A stretch of DNA of 64,000 bases, taken from an uncultured delta proteobacterium. Its GTDB lineage: Bacteria > Desulfobacterota > WTBG01 > CAIYCZ01. Below the pieces are notes generated by a model. The model was given only the letters and a program-made list of their open reading frames with translations. It was not told where the DNA came from and searched no databases. A program made the translations under genes and the position numbers. Below are positions 1 through 12,488 of the stretch, in pieces. The stretch is from NCBI GenBank assembly GCA_963803975.1, contig CAWDOY010000025.1, positions 91,106 to 155,105 of the forward strand. Reading direction: 5' to 3'. Each line of letters opens with the position of its first letter. Positions within the stretch are counted from its first letter, which is position 1.

Positions 1-117
1 GCTATCTGAGGACATATATTAAAAATCTGGAACTCAGAAAATCAGGTTTATGTTTTTCGTAACCCATTACGCGGATTTAGTGGCTCGGGGTTCGGGGTTA
101 GTGAAACGTGACTATCT

Positions 118-243
118 GAAAGGTCAAAAGGCTAAAAGGCCAAAAGGTTAATAGGCTAAAAGACTTAATACCTCTTTACCTATTTACCTATTCACCTATT
201 CACCCATTCACCGTCCCCTTGGACCCTCGAATCCTTGAACCCT
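118..243. repeat. Degenerate 8-mer tandem arrays
   Basis: AAAGGyyA-type units, then TTyACCyA units, then TyGrAyCC units. Confidence 0.8.
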
Positions 244-248
244 GCATC

Positions 249-1110
249 TTAAATGCCCCTTCTCGTGTCCCGCGACTGCCTGAACAGGCCCTCAAGCCTG
301 CTGCCATTGCTTTCCTGTATGGCATCTTTCAGCTCTCCGAGCGAGCGCAGGAAAAAATCTATGGTTGTGAGCAGGTTATCCCTGTTCATCAGGGCAATGT
401 CCCGCCACATGACCGGATCACTTGCTGCTATGCGGGTAAAATCCCTGAAGCCGCCTGCTGAGTACTGGAGGATGTTCTGCTCAAAGTCCTTCATCTCGAC
501 CAGAGCATTGACCAGGGAAAAGGCAACCATGTGCGGCAGATGGCTGATGGCGGCGATAATTTTGTCATGCGTCTGCCACATCCATTACTACCACCCGGCT
601 GCCGGCCGCGGTCCACAGGTTCTGAACAAGTTCCAGGGCGCGGGCATCGGTATTCCGGGTGGGCGTCAGTATGCAGACCCGGTTTTCAAACAGCCCGGCG
701 CATGAGGCTTCATAGCCTGAATTTTCCGTACCCGCTATCGGGTGCCCGCCGATGAAAAGCAGCCCGTCCGGCATGCGCGACTCAAGCGCGGAAACAATCG
801 GCCCCTTCACGCTGCCCACATCAGTTATGACCGTTCCCTTGCGCAGATATGGCGCCAGCGCCAGGGCCTGCTCCGCAATCATGCCAACCGGCGTTGCGAT
901 GACCACGGCATCGACATCTGCAGTGCCGTCTTCAAAGCGCTCGTAACATGCATCTATCAGCCCGAGGTTCCGGGCCGCCGTAAGCCGCTCGATATTGCGG
1001 CCATAGGCGCTGATTCTATGCGCGAGCTTTTTTTCTTTAACGTCGCGTGCCAAAGAGCCGCCGATGAGGCCGAGGCCGACAATTGCTATATGGTTAAAAA
1101 TAACATTCAC
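249..1110 (-). CDS. tyrA: Prephenate/arogenate dehydrogenase, split by one frameshift near 570
   Basis: IVGLGLIGGS Rossmann motif, ITDVGSVK, GGHPIAGTE, then HDKIIAAISHLPH and GGFRDFTRIA in a second frame. Confidence 0.92.
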
Positions 1111-1124
1111 GTGATTGATTTTTT

Positions 1125-2230
1125 CTATGCTTTATTAATGGGTTGCAGAACTTTTTTGAGAGACCTGATAAACCGCTCATTCTCCTCAGGAAGGCCAATG
1201 GTAACCCGCACGTAGTTATCCAGCCCGTAGCTTGCCATGGAGCGGATGATGACGCCTTCCCGGAGCAGTTTCTGATAGACATTTTCCGCCTTCGTCCCCA
1301 GGTTCACCAGCAGGAAATTGGTGTGCGTCGGGATATAGGCCAAGACCCATGCTCTTCAGCTCAGCGTATATATAGCTAAGGCCCGCCTGGTTATTGTCCT
1401 GTGAGCGCTCGACGTGCTGCTCTATCATCAAGCGCTGCCAGGGCTGCCACCTGCGCCAGATAATTCACATTAAACGGCACCCGCACCCGCTCCAGGTAAT
1501 TGACCAGCTGGGCCGGACAGAGCGCATAGCCGATCCGTAAACCGGCCAGCCCGTATATTTTGGAGAAGGTGCGCAAAATAATAATGTTTCTTCCCTGCCG
1601 CAGGTATTCAAGTGAATCAGGATACGCCGGGCTCGCGACATATTCACCGTACGCCTCGTCCAGAACCACCAGCACGTCCCCGGGAACCCGCTGCATAAAT
1701 GTTCTCAAGGCATCCGCGTCCACCATGGTGCCGGTGGGGTTATTCGGATTGCTGATAAAAATTATTTTTGTTTTACCGGTAATCTGACCGGCCATGGCCT
1801 CCAGGTCATAGGTAAAGTCTTTGAGCGGGACCTCTATCACCCGCGCGCCCCGGGCATTGCTCATGATGGGATAGAGGATGAACGTCTGCTCGGAGGTTAT
1901 CACCTCTTCTGCCGGCGTGAGAAAGGCAAGCGCTATGAGCTGGATAATTTCATTGGAACCATGACCGAACAGCACCTGGGACTGCTCTATGCCGCAGTGC
2001 TGTGCCAGCTTTTCTCTGAGATAGTAACAGCCGTTGTCCGGATAGCGGTGTATGTCTGCCAGCGCTGCCTGCAGCGCCTGCAGCGCTTTGGGAGACGGCC
2101 CCAGGGAGTTTTCATTTGAGGCAAGCTTAATGATTTCGTCTATGCCGAATTCGCGCTTCACTTCGTCAACAGGCTTGCCGGGCGGGTAGAGCGGCAGTTG
2201 TTCTATGTAATCCGGTACCAGCTTTTTCAT
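1125..2230 (-). CDS. hisC: Histidinol-phosphate aminotransferase, frameshifted near 1400-1420
   Basis: KLASNEN, NPNNPTG, LDEAY, RTFSKIYGLAGLRIGY; C-terminus VRVTIGLPEEN in ORF 1125..1343. Confidence 0.93.
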
Positions 2231-3355
2231 CGCGTGCAATTTTTTTCCGGGGATTCGTCGTCCGTGCCGATGGTCTTTTTCTTTCCTTTCGGATAGGACC
2301 CCAGCACCTTCATAAACTGGGAGTTCCGGGTAACCATCTCCAGCGCCTTTTTTATATTCGCGTCTTCAATGTGTCCTTCAATATCGATAAAGAAAATGTA
2401 TTCCCAGGGCTTTTTTCTGAACGGCCGTGATTCTATCTTGGTCAGGTTGATACTGTTTTTAGCAAACGGATCAAGCATCTCAGAGAGGGCGCCAATCCCG
2501 TCCCGGATTGAAAACATGAGTGATGTTTTATCATCACCGGTCCGGCCCGGCGATTGCTTGCCGATCACCCAGAACCTGGTGACATTCTGCGGGTTGTCTT
2601 CGATCTTTTTCTTCAGCACCGGTATCCCGTATATTTTGGCGGCAAACTCGCTGGCAATGGCGGCCGTTTGCTTCTCTTCCAACGCCAGCTTGGCAGCCAT
2701 GGCCGTGCTGAATACTTCCTTCACCTCCGCATGGGCAAGATTTTTACTGAGCCAGCTGTAGCACTGGGCAAGTGCCTGGGGGTGTGAATAAACCGTGCGG
2801 ACATCTTCCAAGACGGTCATGCTGGGACAGCAATGAGTGTGATATCTCAAGCATCACCTCAGCGCATATCTGCAGGGGTGACTCGATAAACATATCAAGG
2901 GTCAGATTGACTACCCCTTCGGTTGAATTCTCAATCGGTACCACACCGTAGTCCGCACGCTCCCGCTCAACCTCGTCAAAAATATCAGCGACACTTTTTG
3001 TGTGTATGAATTGGGCGGCCTGCCCGAACTGCTGGATGGAGGCGATATGGGAAAACGTAGCATCCGGCCCGAGGCAGGCGACGTTCAGGCCCTTTTCCAG
3101 GGAGAGGCATGCTGACATGATCTCCCGAAAAATAGGGCGGATTGACAGCGAGGGGAACGGCCCCCTGTTTTTGCGCACCAGGCGCTGATATATCTCCTCC
3201 TCGCGCTCCAGCACATGAAACCTGCTCTTTTTTTCCTTCTTTATAGCGCCTACATCCATGACCAGCGCTGCCCGCTCGTTGAGGAGATCAAGAAGCCGGT
3301 TGTCCACTTCATCAATTTTTTCTCTTAATGCCTGGAGCTTTTCTTTTTTTTCCAC
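2227..3355 (-). CDS. pheA: Chorismate mutase/prephenate dehydratase (P-protein), frameshifted near 2820
   Basis: N-terminal LREKIDEVD chorismate mutase domain, VVPIENSTEG, SHPQALAQC, NVTRFWVIG, LTKIESRP ACT domain. Confidence 0.94.
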
Positions 3356-3740
3356 CAGTAGTCCTTTAGCAGAGTGTTACTGATTTGCATTATACTCTGA
3401 CTGCAGGGGATCAATGCACCTGCAACCCGTTGTTCGCTGCTGGTATCCGGATGTGATTAGAATCTTCTACTCACTGTTATAGGGATGTACGTGACGTGTG
3501 GATAGGAAATCGTATCAGGAAGAGGGTTAGTGGTTACTAGTAAGAAACAAAGTACCCCTTGTTTATCCCTGTTGTTATTCTCCGTTAGTTTCGCTTAAGG
3601 CCAGTCCCCCTTTGCCAGAGAAAGTTTTGTTATCGTATATATAGTAAATTTCCAGCTCTAAAGCAACCCTTTTTTATGCCCGAATCCTGCGGATAAACGT
3701 TTTGTTTTTTTGCGGATTCAATGGTACTGTTCCGGTATCT

Positions 3741-4470
3741 ATGAAAGTAGCACTGCTATCTGATATCCACAGCAATCTGGAGGCATTCCAGGCTGTTCAG
3801 GCATCGCTTGCTGCGTACCAGGCAGAAGAGATTATCTTTCCTGGGTGACATTGTCGGCTACGGGGCTGACCCGAACGAGTGCATTGCATTGCTGCGCAAC
3901 CTGGCCGACTGCAGTATCGCCGGCAATCACGATTTTGCCGCTGTCGGAAAAACCGATATCCAATATTTTAATCCCCTTGCCAGGGAAGCCATTGTCTGGA
4001 CACAAAAGAAACTGGGCACGGAGAATGCCCGGTTTCTCTCTTCCCTGCCGCTCCATGCAGTACGGCACGGTTTTTTCTGTGTCCATTCCACACCGATGCA
4101 TCCGCAGCTTTGGGATTATATTGTAACGCTTAAAGATGCTGGCGTCAGTTTTGACAATTTTACCGGGCCGCTATGCTTTGTCGGCCACTCCCACCATCCG
4201 GCCATCTTCATTGAGGACAGCAGCGGGGAACGTTCAGCAGCAGGGAACTCTGCCATTACCCTGGAAAATGATAACCGCTATATTATAAACATCGGCAGTG
4301 TCGGCCAGCCGCGGGACGGCAATCCCCTCGCCTCCTATGGTCTGTATGACACGGAAACAAAAAAGTATCGCCTCATCCGCGTCGCGTACGATATAGCTGC
4401 TGCCCAGCAGAAGATAGTTGATGCCGGACTGCCGTCGTTTCTGGCCGCACGTCTAGCGCTGGGCAGATGA
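3741..4470 (+). CDS. Metallophosphoesterase (calcineurin-like), frameshifted near 3838
   Basis: ATG 3741 reads MKVALLSDIHSNLEA; second frame has LGDIVGYG, GNHD, GHSH, NIGSVGQPRDG. Confidence 0.88.
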
Positions 4471-4552
4471 TCAGGGATTCGTGGTTGGGGATTCGGGATC
4501 AGGGACACTACTTTCGTTTCACTTTTCACCTTTCACGTCTGCGTTCTCGCGG

Positions 4553-5290
4553 TTAATATTTTACTTTTTTCAAAAACAGCCCCTGGGGCGGGGCGGTTAT
4601 CCCGGCACGCGTCCGGTCTTTCTGATTTAAAATATTTCTGAAATCATCTGCGCTTATTTTTCCTTTCCCCACGTCCACCAGTGTCCCCACGATATTTCTC
4701 ACCATGTGCTTCACAAAAGCACTGCCCGTAATTGAAAATAGTATAAGATGCTTTCTAATCTTTTTAAAATGAACGCTGTTCACTTCCCGCACCGCATGCC
4801 CGTTTTCCCGGTCCGCTCCCTGGAATGACGCGAAATCCTGCATGCCCACCAGGCACCCGGCAGCCTGCCTCATTGCCGCAATATCAAGTGGTGACGGTAT
4901 GTGCCATGCGTAGCGCTGCAGGAACGCCGATTGCTGCGGGCAGTTCCATATGAGATACCAGTAGGTGCGGCTTCGGGCGTTAACGCGCGCGTGGAATGAA
5001 AGATCGACTTCCGCAATATCTTTAATCACTATGTCAGCCGGTATCAGCCTGTTCAGCGCCGTGCGCAGCGCCTCTACATCCATGGAATTATCTGTTCTGA
5101 AATTTGCGACCTGCCCCAGGGCATGAACGCCGGCATCGGTTCTGCCCGAGCCATGCAGCGTGACCGGGCTGTTGAGCACCATGGAGATGGTGTCCCGCAG
5201 CACCTGCTGCACGGTCGGCGTTTCCCGCTGTATCTGCCAGCCGTAGTAACGGGTCCCGTCGTATGCAATGGTAATCTTAATATTGCGCAT
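4553..5290 (-). CDS. truA: tRNA pseudouridine(38-40) synthase
   Basis: IAYDGTRYYGWQ, GSGRTDAGVHALGQ, HMVRNIVG, TAPPQGLFL. Confidence 0.96.
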   Translation of the reverse strand: MRNIKITIAYDGTRYYGWQIQRETPTVQQVLRDTISMVLNSPVTLHGSGRTDAGVHALGQVANFRTDNSMDVEALRTALNRLIPADIVIKDIAEVDLSFHARVNARSRTYWYLIWNCPQQSAFLQRYAWHIPSPLDIAAMRQAAGCLVGMQDFASFQGADRENGHAVREVNSVHFKKIRKHLILFSITGSAFVKHMVRNIVGTLVDVGKGKISADDFRNILNQKDRTRAGITAPPQGLFLKKVKY

Positions 5291-5545
5291 GTTAATAGCT
5301 AAAAAGCTTTCAGCGGTCAGATTTAAACAGAGGACAGACAACAGACTTTCAGAAGACAGACTACAAGTGATTAGTGGCCCGTCGCTCGTGACTCGTGACT
5401 CGCACTCATCGCGTCTTTACTTCGTTCCGCAGTCTCTGCTGCCTTTGCCTTATGCCTCTGTGCCTTATCTTCCACTTTTCCCTTTCCACTTTTCCCGTTC
5501 CATGCTAATTTATCATAACTATTTAAACTAAAGGAGGATTTTATT

Positions 5546-6418
5546 TTGCAGAAGCTGAAAATCGGCATACCCAAAGGAAGCCTGGAAAATGCGACCATTG
5601 AACTGTTCAAAAAATCCGGCTGGAAAATAACTACCAGCTCCCGCAGCTATTTTCCCAGTATTGATGATGATGAGCTTACCTGCGTGCTGGTGCGCGCCCA
5701 GGAAATGCCGCGCTTTGTGGAAAACGGCAGCCTTGATGTCGCCCTCACCGGCAAGGACTGGATACTTGAGAACAACTCTATAGTGGAAGTGGTGTGTGAC
5801 CTTATCTATTCCAAAACCACCGCACGGCCTGCCCGGTGGGTGCTGGTGGTGAAAGATGATTCGCCGATCAAACGGCTTGAAGATCTGGAAGGGAAAAAGA
5901 TTTATACCGAGCTGGTCGGCTTTACCAGGAATTATTTCAGCTCAAGGAATATCAATGTTGAAGTTGAATTCTCATGGGGGGCAACTGAGGCCAAGGTGGT
6001 TGAGGGGCTTGCCGATGCAATTGTCGAAGTCACCGAGACCGGCAGCACCATCAAGGCCCACGGCTTGAAAATCCTCTATGATCTTCTGGAAACAAACACC
6101 CAGCTCATTGCAAATAAAGAATCATGGCAGGACCCGTGGAAGAAAGAAAAAATCGAGCAGATCGCTCTTCTGCTCCAGGGGGCTTTGCGGGCAGACGGCA
6201 TGGTCGGCCTCAAGATGAACGTGCCCAAAGACAAGCTGGAAGCAATTGTCAAGCTGCTGCCGAGCATCACCGCGCCGACCATTTCCAACCTGTATCAGTC
6301 TGATTGGTTCTCTGTTGAAACAGTCATCGCGGAAAAGCTCGTTCGCGAGCTCATGCCGAAGCTTTTGAAGACCGGCGCGGAAGGCATTATAGAATACAGC
6401 CTGAATAAGATTATTTGA
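5546..6418 (+). CDS. hisG: ATP phosphoribosyltransferase (long form)
   Basis: [29 protein letters not shown]-terminal regulatory domain; AGGAGG RBS upstream. Confidence 0.95.
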   Translation: MQKLKIGIPKGSLENATIELFKKSGWKITTSSRSYFPSIDDDELTCVLVRAQEMPRFVENGSLDVALTGKDWILENNSIVEVVCDLIYSKTTARPARWVLVVKDDSPIKRLEDLEGKKIYTELVGFTRNYFSSRNINVEVEFSWGATEAKVVEGLADAIVEVTETGSTIKAHGLKILYDLLETNTQLIANKESWQDPWKKEKIEQIALLLQGALRADGMVGLKMNVPKDKLEAIVKLLPSITAPTISNLYQSDWFSVETVIAEKLVRELMPKLLKTGAEGIIEYSLNKII

Positions 6419-6424
6419 AATAAA

Positions 6425-6590
6425 ATGGATAAGAGCGTCCGAAAATTAACCTGCAAGATGCCGACCAGCACGATGTTGTCTACTGGAAATCACAAAGTCC
6501 AGAGGAGAAGCTTGATACAGTACAGTCACTCAGGAAATCTATTTGCGTATTCAAATGACCTGCCGCCCCATAAAACCTGACACCCAATGA
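6425..6590 (+). pseudogene. Small frameshifted/truncated ORF (..DVVYWKSQSPEEKLDTVQSLRE..)
   Basis: ATG right after hisG; the YWxxxSPEExL pattern resembles small proteins that precede nucleotidyltransferases (from memory, unverified). Confidence 0.35.
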
Positions 6591-6595
6591 ATTGA

Positions 6596-8067
6596 TCACG
6601 TAACTCTCTTGAAGTCGATAAAACCCTGCTCCGCGTCAGTATGAACCAGTTGCACGCGCATCCTGTGGCCCACGTCCATTCCTTCGAAGCCATGCACCAG
6701 TTTCCCTTCAATCGGAGGGTGAAGAAGACGGACCCACGTGCCTTTTGCGGCCGCACCGGTAACGATGGCATCAAACTTTTCCCCGATTCTTGACTCCAGC
6801 AGCAGTGCTGCTGCGGATTTTGCGACCTGCCGTTCGACCTTCTTGGCTGCATCCTCCTCCTCTGTGCAGTGTTTACCGAGCACCTCCAGGCTATCTTTGT
6901 CATAGGGGGTGGGACGCTCAGCCAGCGCAGCCTTCAGCATCCGCTGCGTAATAAGGTCCGGGTAGCGACGGTTAGGGGCTGTGGAATGGGCATAGTCCCT
7001 GACCGCAAGACCAAAGTGCCCCTGGGCAGTGTCTCCGGGAATTTCTGCAACATATTCACCGGGTCCCATGAGTTTGATAATAGAGAGCGAGAGGTCGGGG
7101 AATCTCAGGGGATCGGCTGCTTGCTCCTTACTCAGGAACTCCTCGAGTGCCCGAGAATCTGGATTATCAGGAAGTGTGAACCCGTGTTCCCCGGCAATAT
7201 CGACAATTCGTTCCCAGCGTTTTGGTGTTCGAACCACACGGCGCAGAGAAGGAAACTTCTTTTTGAGAGATACCGGGCAGCCACGCCGTTTGCCGCAATC
7301 ATGAAATCTTCAATAAGGTCCTTGGCGCGGTTCCTGTTTTCAACTTCGAGTTCACGGATTTCATCGCCATCAAATATCGGCCGTGCCTCAATGGTTTCAA
7401 AACTAAGGGCACCGTTCACATGCCGGAAGTTCTTCATGCTTTGTGCTGCCCGGTCCTGCATACGCAGATTCTCATCAAGTCCCTGGACCGAAGCGACAGC
7501 CTCGGGCACCATGCCACTCCCTTCCAGCCATGCTCCAACGCTGTTATATGCGAGCTTTGCATGATTGCGGACAATCGCCCGGTATAGATCCGAACCCTGC
7601 AGGGATCCGTCACTTCCAATCACCATTTCGACGCCAATTGCTAATCGATCCTCATTGAAGTTTAAGGATGTGAGGTTGGTGGAAAGTTTTTCCGGAAGCA
7701 TCGGGAATATCGCGGCAGCCGTATATACCGAGGTAGTATTATGAAGAGCGTGATCATCGATTGCTGAGCCCTTCTTAACAAACGAATCCACATCAGCCAC
7801 AGCAACAAGAATCTTTATTTTGTCTCCAGGCATTGCCTCGGCAACGGTAAGCTGGTCCAGGTCGCGGGAGTCATCGTTGTCAATGGAAACCCACAGAAGG
7901 TCTCTAAGGTCACGAACCTTTTCTCCATCCATCGTTGCGGGAGCCTGAACTCCGGCAAGTTCGGCGAGTGCCTCGACAGAAAAGTCGGGCAGTAATCCTC
8001 TCTCAAGCATCGCCCTCCGGGCGATTCTCTGCAGAATAGCACGGTGCTGTTTATCAGTCGCGTTCAT
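6596..8067 (-). CDS. RNB-domain (RNase II/R family) ribonuclease, short form, frameshifted near 7260
   Basis: SIDNDDSRDLDQ, PMLPEKLS, LIEDFMIAAN, HFGLAVRDYAHSTAPNRRYPDL, C-terminal S1-like domain. Confidence 0.9.
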
Positions 8068-8437
8068 AGGATATACCTCTTATCTTTGCATACTGGTTTC
8101 AATAGAAAATAAATTCTTATTTTTGTTACATCCAGATGAGGGTTCTCGCTGCACAAAAATAATAATGGAGCGTCCATTCTACATAAGACAAGCACATTAT
8201 ACGGTACTGCAGAACTTGTTTTGGATCAGTTAATACTATCATTTTATGGTGATTAAAAGTCAATCGAAATGAATCCATTGATACCAATATATTGTGGTGG
8301 GCATTAGAGGTAGGAAAGTGTAGACCTTGTATCAGCAGCGAGAGTAGTGAGTCAATTTAAAAACATTGTGGACTTTATCTGGAAAGCGTCAGTGGCAGTT
8401 TAAAAAAATCAAACGCTATCTTGCGACAGATTCTTTA

Positions 8438-8466
8438 TTGACACATAATTCTTCTCATCCTATACT
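8438..8466 (+). promoter_or_regulatory. sigma70-type promoter for the alpha/beta hydrolase
   Basis: TTGACA-17 bp-TATACT, about 140 bp upstream of ATG 8604. Confidence 0.7.
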
Positions 8467-8603
8467 CGCCTCATCTCACAGCGAGTTCCTGTCAATAGAA
8501 CATGCTGCCGGGGATAGTCAGATAAAATTAAAGCCACAAGAATGAGATATTGTTATCAGCAAGGCAGCGTTATCATTTACATAGAAGACAACGGGAGAAC
8601 ACT

Positions 8604-9618
8604 ATGCGCAGAATGCTGAGGGTGCTGCAATTAATTATGTGTGTTTGTACCATTGTGTCTCTTAGCGCCTGCGTAAAACGCCTGGACACCAGAGTTGTCA
8701 TGCATCCCGCTGCGCATGATAAATTTGTAAAAATTAATACTGATGTGCGGGATGTTAATATCCATTACCTCGAGTATCCCGGGGAGGGCGGGGATGTTGT
8801 TCTGATCCACGGATTTGGATCATCCACATTCACCTGGGAAGCGATGGTTCCAAAACTTCAGAAAATATTTAGAGACCGCCGTAGTCCTGCTCCCCATGTG
8901 TGGGCTGTTGACATGAAAGGGTTTGGCTGGTCCGACAAGCCGTTTAATGCAAAGTACGACCCTTTTACCTTAACGGAAGACGTGTATGCCTGGATGGATA
9001 AAATCGGGATTGATAACGCTACGGTAGTGGGCAATTCACTGGGCGGGGCAATTGCCTGGGTACTGGCGCTTGATCATCCTGAAAAAGTCGGGCGGCTGGT
9101 GCTGATTGACGCGGGCGGCTATCCGCCGGACAAAAACAATTTTGCCTCATTTGCATGGGTTCCATTTACGGATTTCTGGGTAAACCTTTGTTTTTAACCG
9201 CGGGCTGGTAAGATGGGGCCTGCATAAAGCTTTCTACGATGCAGGGAAAATAACCGACACCAGGATTGACGCATATTTTAACCGGCTGCGAACCAGAGGC
9301 GGCATTGATTCGCTGGTGGCAGCGGCAACATCTCTTGATCCGAAATTGGCACTGACGTATGCAGGACGCATCCATGACATTAAACAGGAAACCCTCATTA
9401 TATGGGGAAGAAATGACAACTGGATTCCCCTGAAAGATGGATGCCGGTTTAATCACGATATAAAAAGATCAACGCTGGTTGTCATTCCACAGTGCGGCCA
9501 TGTGCCTCAGGAGGAAAAGCCGGACGATGTTGCACAGATCCTGTATCAATTTCTTACCGGCACCCTGCACGTGCCGGTTGGCAACCAAGGGAGGATTGAT
9601 AAAGATTACAGGGTATGA
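8604..9618 (+). CDS. Alpha/beta hydrolase, probable lipoprotein, frameshifted near 9195
   Basis: LSAC lipobox, LIHGFGSS, GNSLGG nucleophile elbow, IIWGRNDNWIP, CGHVPQEE. Confidence 0.88.
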
Positions 9619-9676
9619 TTTAGGAACTCAACGTAATTTCTGCCTGTGATACACCAAATTATCGCTGTTCAATGAG

Positions 9677-9705
9677 CGATGCGATACTTCTCCGGTATCG
9701 CATCG
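9677..9705. terminator. 11-bp hairpin between convergent genes
   Basis: CGATGCGATAC-N7-GTATCGCATCG; no clear U-tract. Confidence 0.45.
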
Positions 9706-9786
9706 TCATGGGAAAAGACCGCAGTGAAGAGTTCGTCTGTCATTGTGATGGCTCCATTTTGACCAGCGTTCAGGTTGAACGGATTT

Positions 9787-10167
9787 TTAAGGAACCTCCG
9801 TAGTAGAGCATAGCCAGTCTATCGCATCCTCATAAGACGTAAATGCATGTATTTGATACCCTCTATTGTGAGAGCATAATTCAAAAAACTTCGCTTGATC
9901 AAAACGTTCACGGGGACAGATAACGGCAGTTTTTCTTCTTAACTTTTCTCCGAAGGTACTAATTTCTTTGGCAAGCTGCCACAGATTTGTTGGCGACATA
10001 ACAGAGTGAGCTTTACGCGTATCGATTATTAGCTGGTAATTATCTTGTGGAACAACAACAGACGCGATTTCCAGGAGTATTCTTTTTGATTCTTCAAAAT
10101 CCAATTCTCCTTCAGGCGTTGCCTTAAGAAAGTCCTGGGCGTGGATGATCCTTATTGTTGCGGCCAT
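9787..10167 (-). CDS. STAS/SEC14 (SpoIIAA-like) small protein
   Basis: LIIDTR, RKTAVI, and C-terminal FTSYEDAIDWL typical of SpoIIAA-like domains; GGAGG RBS. Confidence 0.6.
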   Translation of the reverse strand: MAATIRIIHAQDFLKATPEGELDFEESKRILLEIASVVVPQDNYQLIIDTRKAHSVMSPTNLWQLAKEISTFGEKLRRKTAVICPRERFDQAKFFELCSHNRGYQIHAFTSYEDAIDWLCSTTEVP

Positions 10168-10235
10168 ACTTCGACCTCCCTTCATGTCGGTAATGATCCA
10201 CCTCCAGCGGCGGTGGCAGTATTTCAATCCTGCAT

Positions 10236-10285
10236 AGGTTTTACCTCCAGGCCCTCTTGCAGGGTTTTTCCATGAGGTAAAACCT
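10236..10285. repeat. 12-bp perfect inverted repeat
   Basis: AGGTTTTACCTC-N26-GAGGTAAAACCT. Confidence 0.7.
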
Positions 10286-10333
10286 GTTTTATCCGTATGC
10301 TTATTGAAACGCTCTAAGCCTTGCGAACCGCCT

Positions 10334-10552
10334 TTATTTCCGGGGCGGATCTTCTGATTTTATCTCTTCACCCCGAATCTTTTTCTCAAGGTTTTCCAGA
10401 ATATCCGCTGTCTTGCTTCTGAGTGTTTCCGTCGTGACGCCGAGATCTTCAACTTTGCGCTTCATCTCTTCGATTGATCCTCCGCTTTTTGTGTATGCAA
10501 GATATGCAAGTATCAGCGCTACTATTGAAATAATGAGTGATAGTACAATCAT
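10334..10552 (-). CDS. Small membrane-anchored coiled-coil protein
   Basis: N-terminal hydrophobic helix, charged tail. Confidence 0.65.
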   Translation of the reverse strand: MIVLSLIISIVALILAYLAYTKSGGSIEEMKRKVEDLGVTTETLRSKTADILENLEKKIRGEEIKSEDPPRK

Positions 10553-10594
10553 GATTACCCCTTTCTTAAAAATAATTTACTGAAACGATTTTAT

Positions 10595-10816
10595 TTACCC
10601 TTCTTTTGCCTTGTTGCTCTTCCTGCGTGCAGTAAGAAGTGAAAGTGAAAGACCGATAATAATGCCGGTAAAGAGTACTATCAGCAGCATGAGACAAGCA
10701 GACATGGAAACAGACCAGAACAGAAATTTCAGCTGCAAAACAGCCGTATTCTGGTAAATAAAAACTGCAGCAAGCGCAAGCAGCACTACCGTGCAGCTGA
10801 TTTTGAAAGTACGCAT
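10595..10816 (-). CDS. LapA/DUF1049-family small membrane protein
   Basis: FIYQNTAVLQLKFLFW motif between two TM helices. Confidence 0.75.
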   Translation of the reverse strand: MRTFKISCTVVLLALAAVFIYQNTAVLQLKFLFWSVSMSACLMLLIVLFTGIIIGLSLSLLTARRKSNKAKEG

Positions 10817-10843
10817 ACTAGTGTTCCTCTGCTTTTTTTACCC

Positions 10844-12089
10844 TTATTCAAGGTTTCTCAAGAAGGACGCTAAATCCAAATAAAACTTCTTCAGCTTTTT
10901 AACTTGCCAGGGGAAAGTTATAACTGCCTTTCCGGTAATCTCGCCATGATCCCATTTCAACTTACCCAGGTAAGTTCCACACCCCTTTTTGCGGCGTCCC
11001 TTTGTACATGCGGACACCGTCACTGCAGCCTAATTGTGGCGCTATCATGGAAATGGTGTTAACCCCGCCGTCATTTTCCCGCCAGCCGTCACCAAGCCCG
11101 AACGGATCACCCGGGAGAGAATTCCCATGAAAAACGCATTTGATCTTAATTTTGGATTTATGGTGAGATCCGGCAAATAGATCTGCTTTCCCACGGGAAA
11201 GGTTTTTTCGTTTTCATAGGAAAAGTAGTAAGCATCCGGATCAACGGTTGAAAAGTTTACCGTGCTATTGAGCTCCTGTGCCCCTGCAATTGATATGTCC
11301 CAGGTGCAGATATCTTTTGTATCGCCCAGGGTGTTAAATGCCCTGTTCATATAATCATTGAAGCTTTCATTTTCCTCTCTTTTAAGTCCCCACTGCTCAA
11401 GTTCAAAGCTATACAGCTGCCCTGGAGTAATATCACCTTGCGGGTTTATTCCGGCAAGTGTCATCAGTGATGTCACTATCGTGACCTTGTCGCTAAGAAT
11501 GTCAGACAGTGTAGTGCCGTTATGCGGTGCAGACAAGGTAGTGATGCTTTTTATCCAGCCATTGCCAGGGGTAAACGGTTTGTCATCTTTATCTCTCAGT
11601 ATATTGCGAAACCGGGGGTCCTGTCCTGACAGCAGTGCTGAGAGCACCCGGATGGTCTGCCCACCCATGCTATGGCCGACTAAATGCATCGGGTGGTCTG
11701 CATCCCATTGCGGGTAAAGCGGATGATCATAATGTTTTCCTGCCGGCCGCTGGAGGTGACCAAACTGCTTTGCTGTGTTCAAGCCCAAAGTCGACCTGTC
11801 CGCCTTTAATCTCATAGTAGAGCTCTATTGCGCGATCCCAGTTGCTTGAAAGAGCCCCGACATTGGAAACATAGACCTCATAGCCGTTTTCTTCTAAAAA
11901 CTCTTGCAGGTTAGTTTTACCTCCCCAGTAGTAGTTGCCGGCGAGTTGCTCCGAGCCCCAGCCGCCAAGGCCGTGTACCAGAATGATCGGGCAATGGGGT
12001 TGCGTATCCAGAACTGGTTCTGCCCATAAGGATTGACAGCATGTAATAGGGAATAACAGAAGCATGAGAATGAGGACTGTTTTTTTCAT
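10844..12089 (-). CDS. Secreted triacylglycerol lipase (family I.5/I.6-like), about 3 frameshifts
   Basis: Signal peptide, PIILVHGLGGWG, SSNWDRAIELYYEIKGGQVDFG, GHSMGG, SAPHNGTTL; manual reading gives WRENDGGVNTISM and WDHGEITG to stop at 10844. Confidence 0.85.
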
Positions 12090-12488
12090 TTGGTTTCACA
12101 TTACAGAAAAAGGAGATTTGTTTTTAAAGAAAAGGCGTCAGTTGTTTTTTTATTCTGCTCCAGGCCTTCATCGAATTTGTAGTTCCCGTTTTCTCAGCCC
12201 TGCCCGCTGCGCTCATTGAGGGTGTAGTCATCCTGCTTTAGATGCGTGCCATGCCGTTCTCTGTTTGCATCACTGTTGATTATATCCTCATGATCATGAT
12301 GCTGGCAGGTAATGCCCGTCGTATGGGCCATCTCTGTCAAACCTTAAAAAACAGGAGCTTGTTAAAAGCAGAAGAAAACAAAAAACATACGGCAAAATAC
12401 TAAAGGAGTTTTTTTACATATGTAATCAGGGGTATTCGTTTCAATGAACACTCAAAAAGCTTTGTATTCATCGTATCCTTGGTTGCGG

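Noticed and set aside
3356..3740. Possible Phe/Tyr attenuator upstream of pheA
   Set aside because: No aromatic-rich leader peptide or convincing terminator was found on the minus strand.
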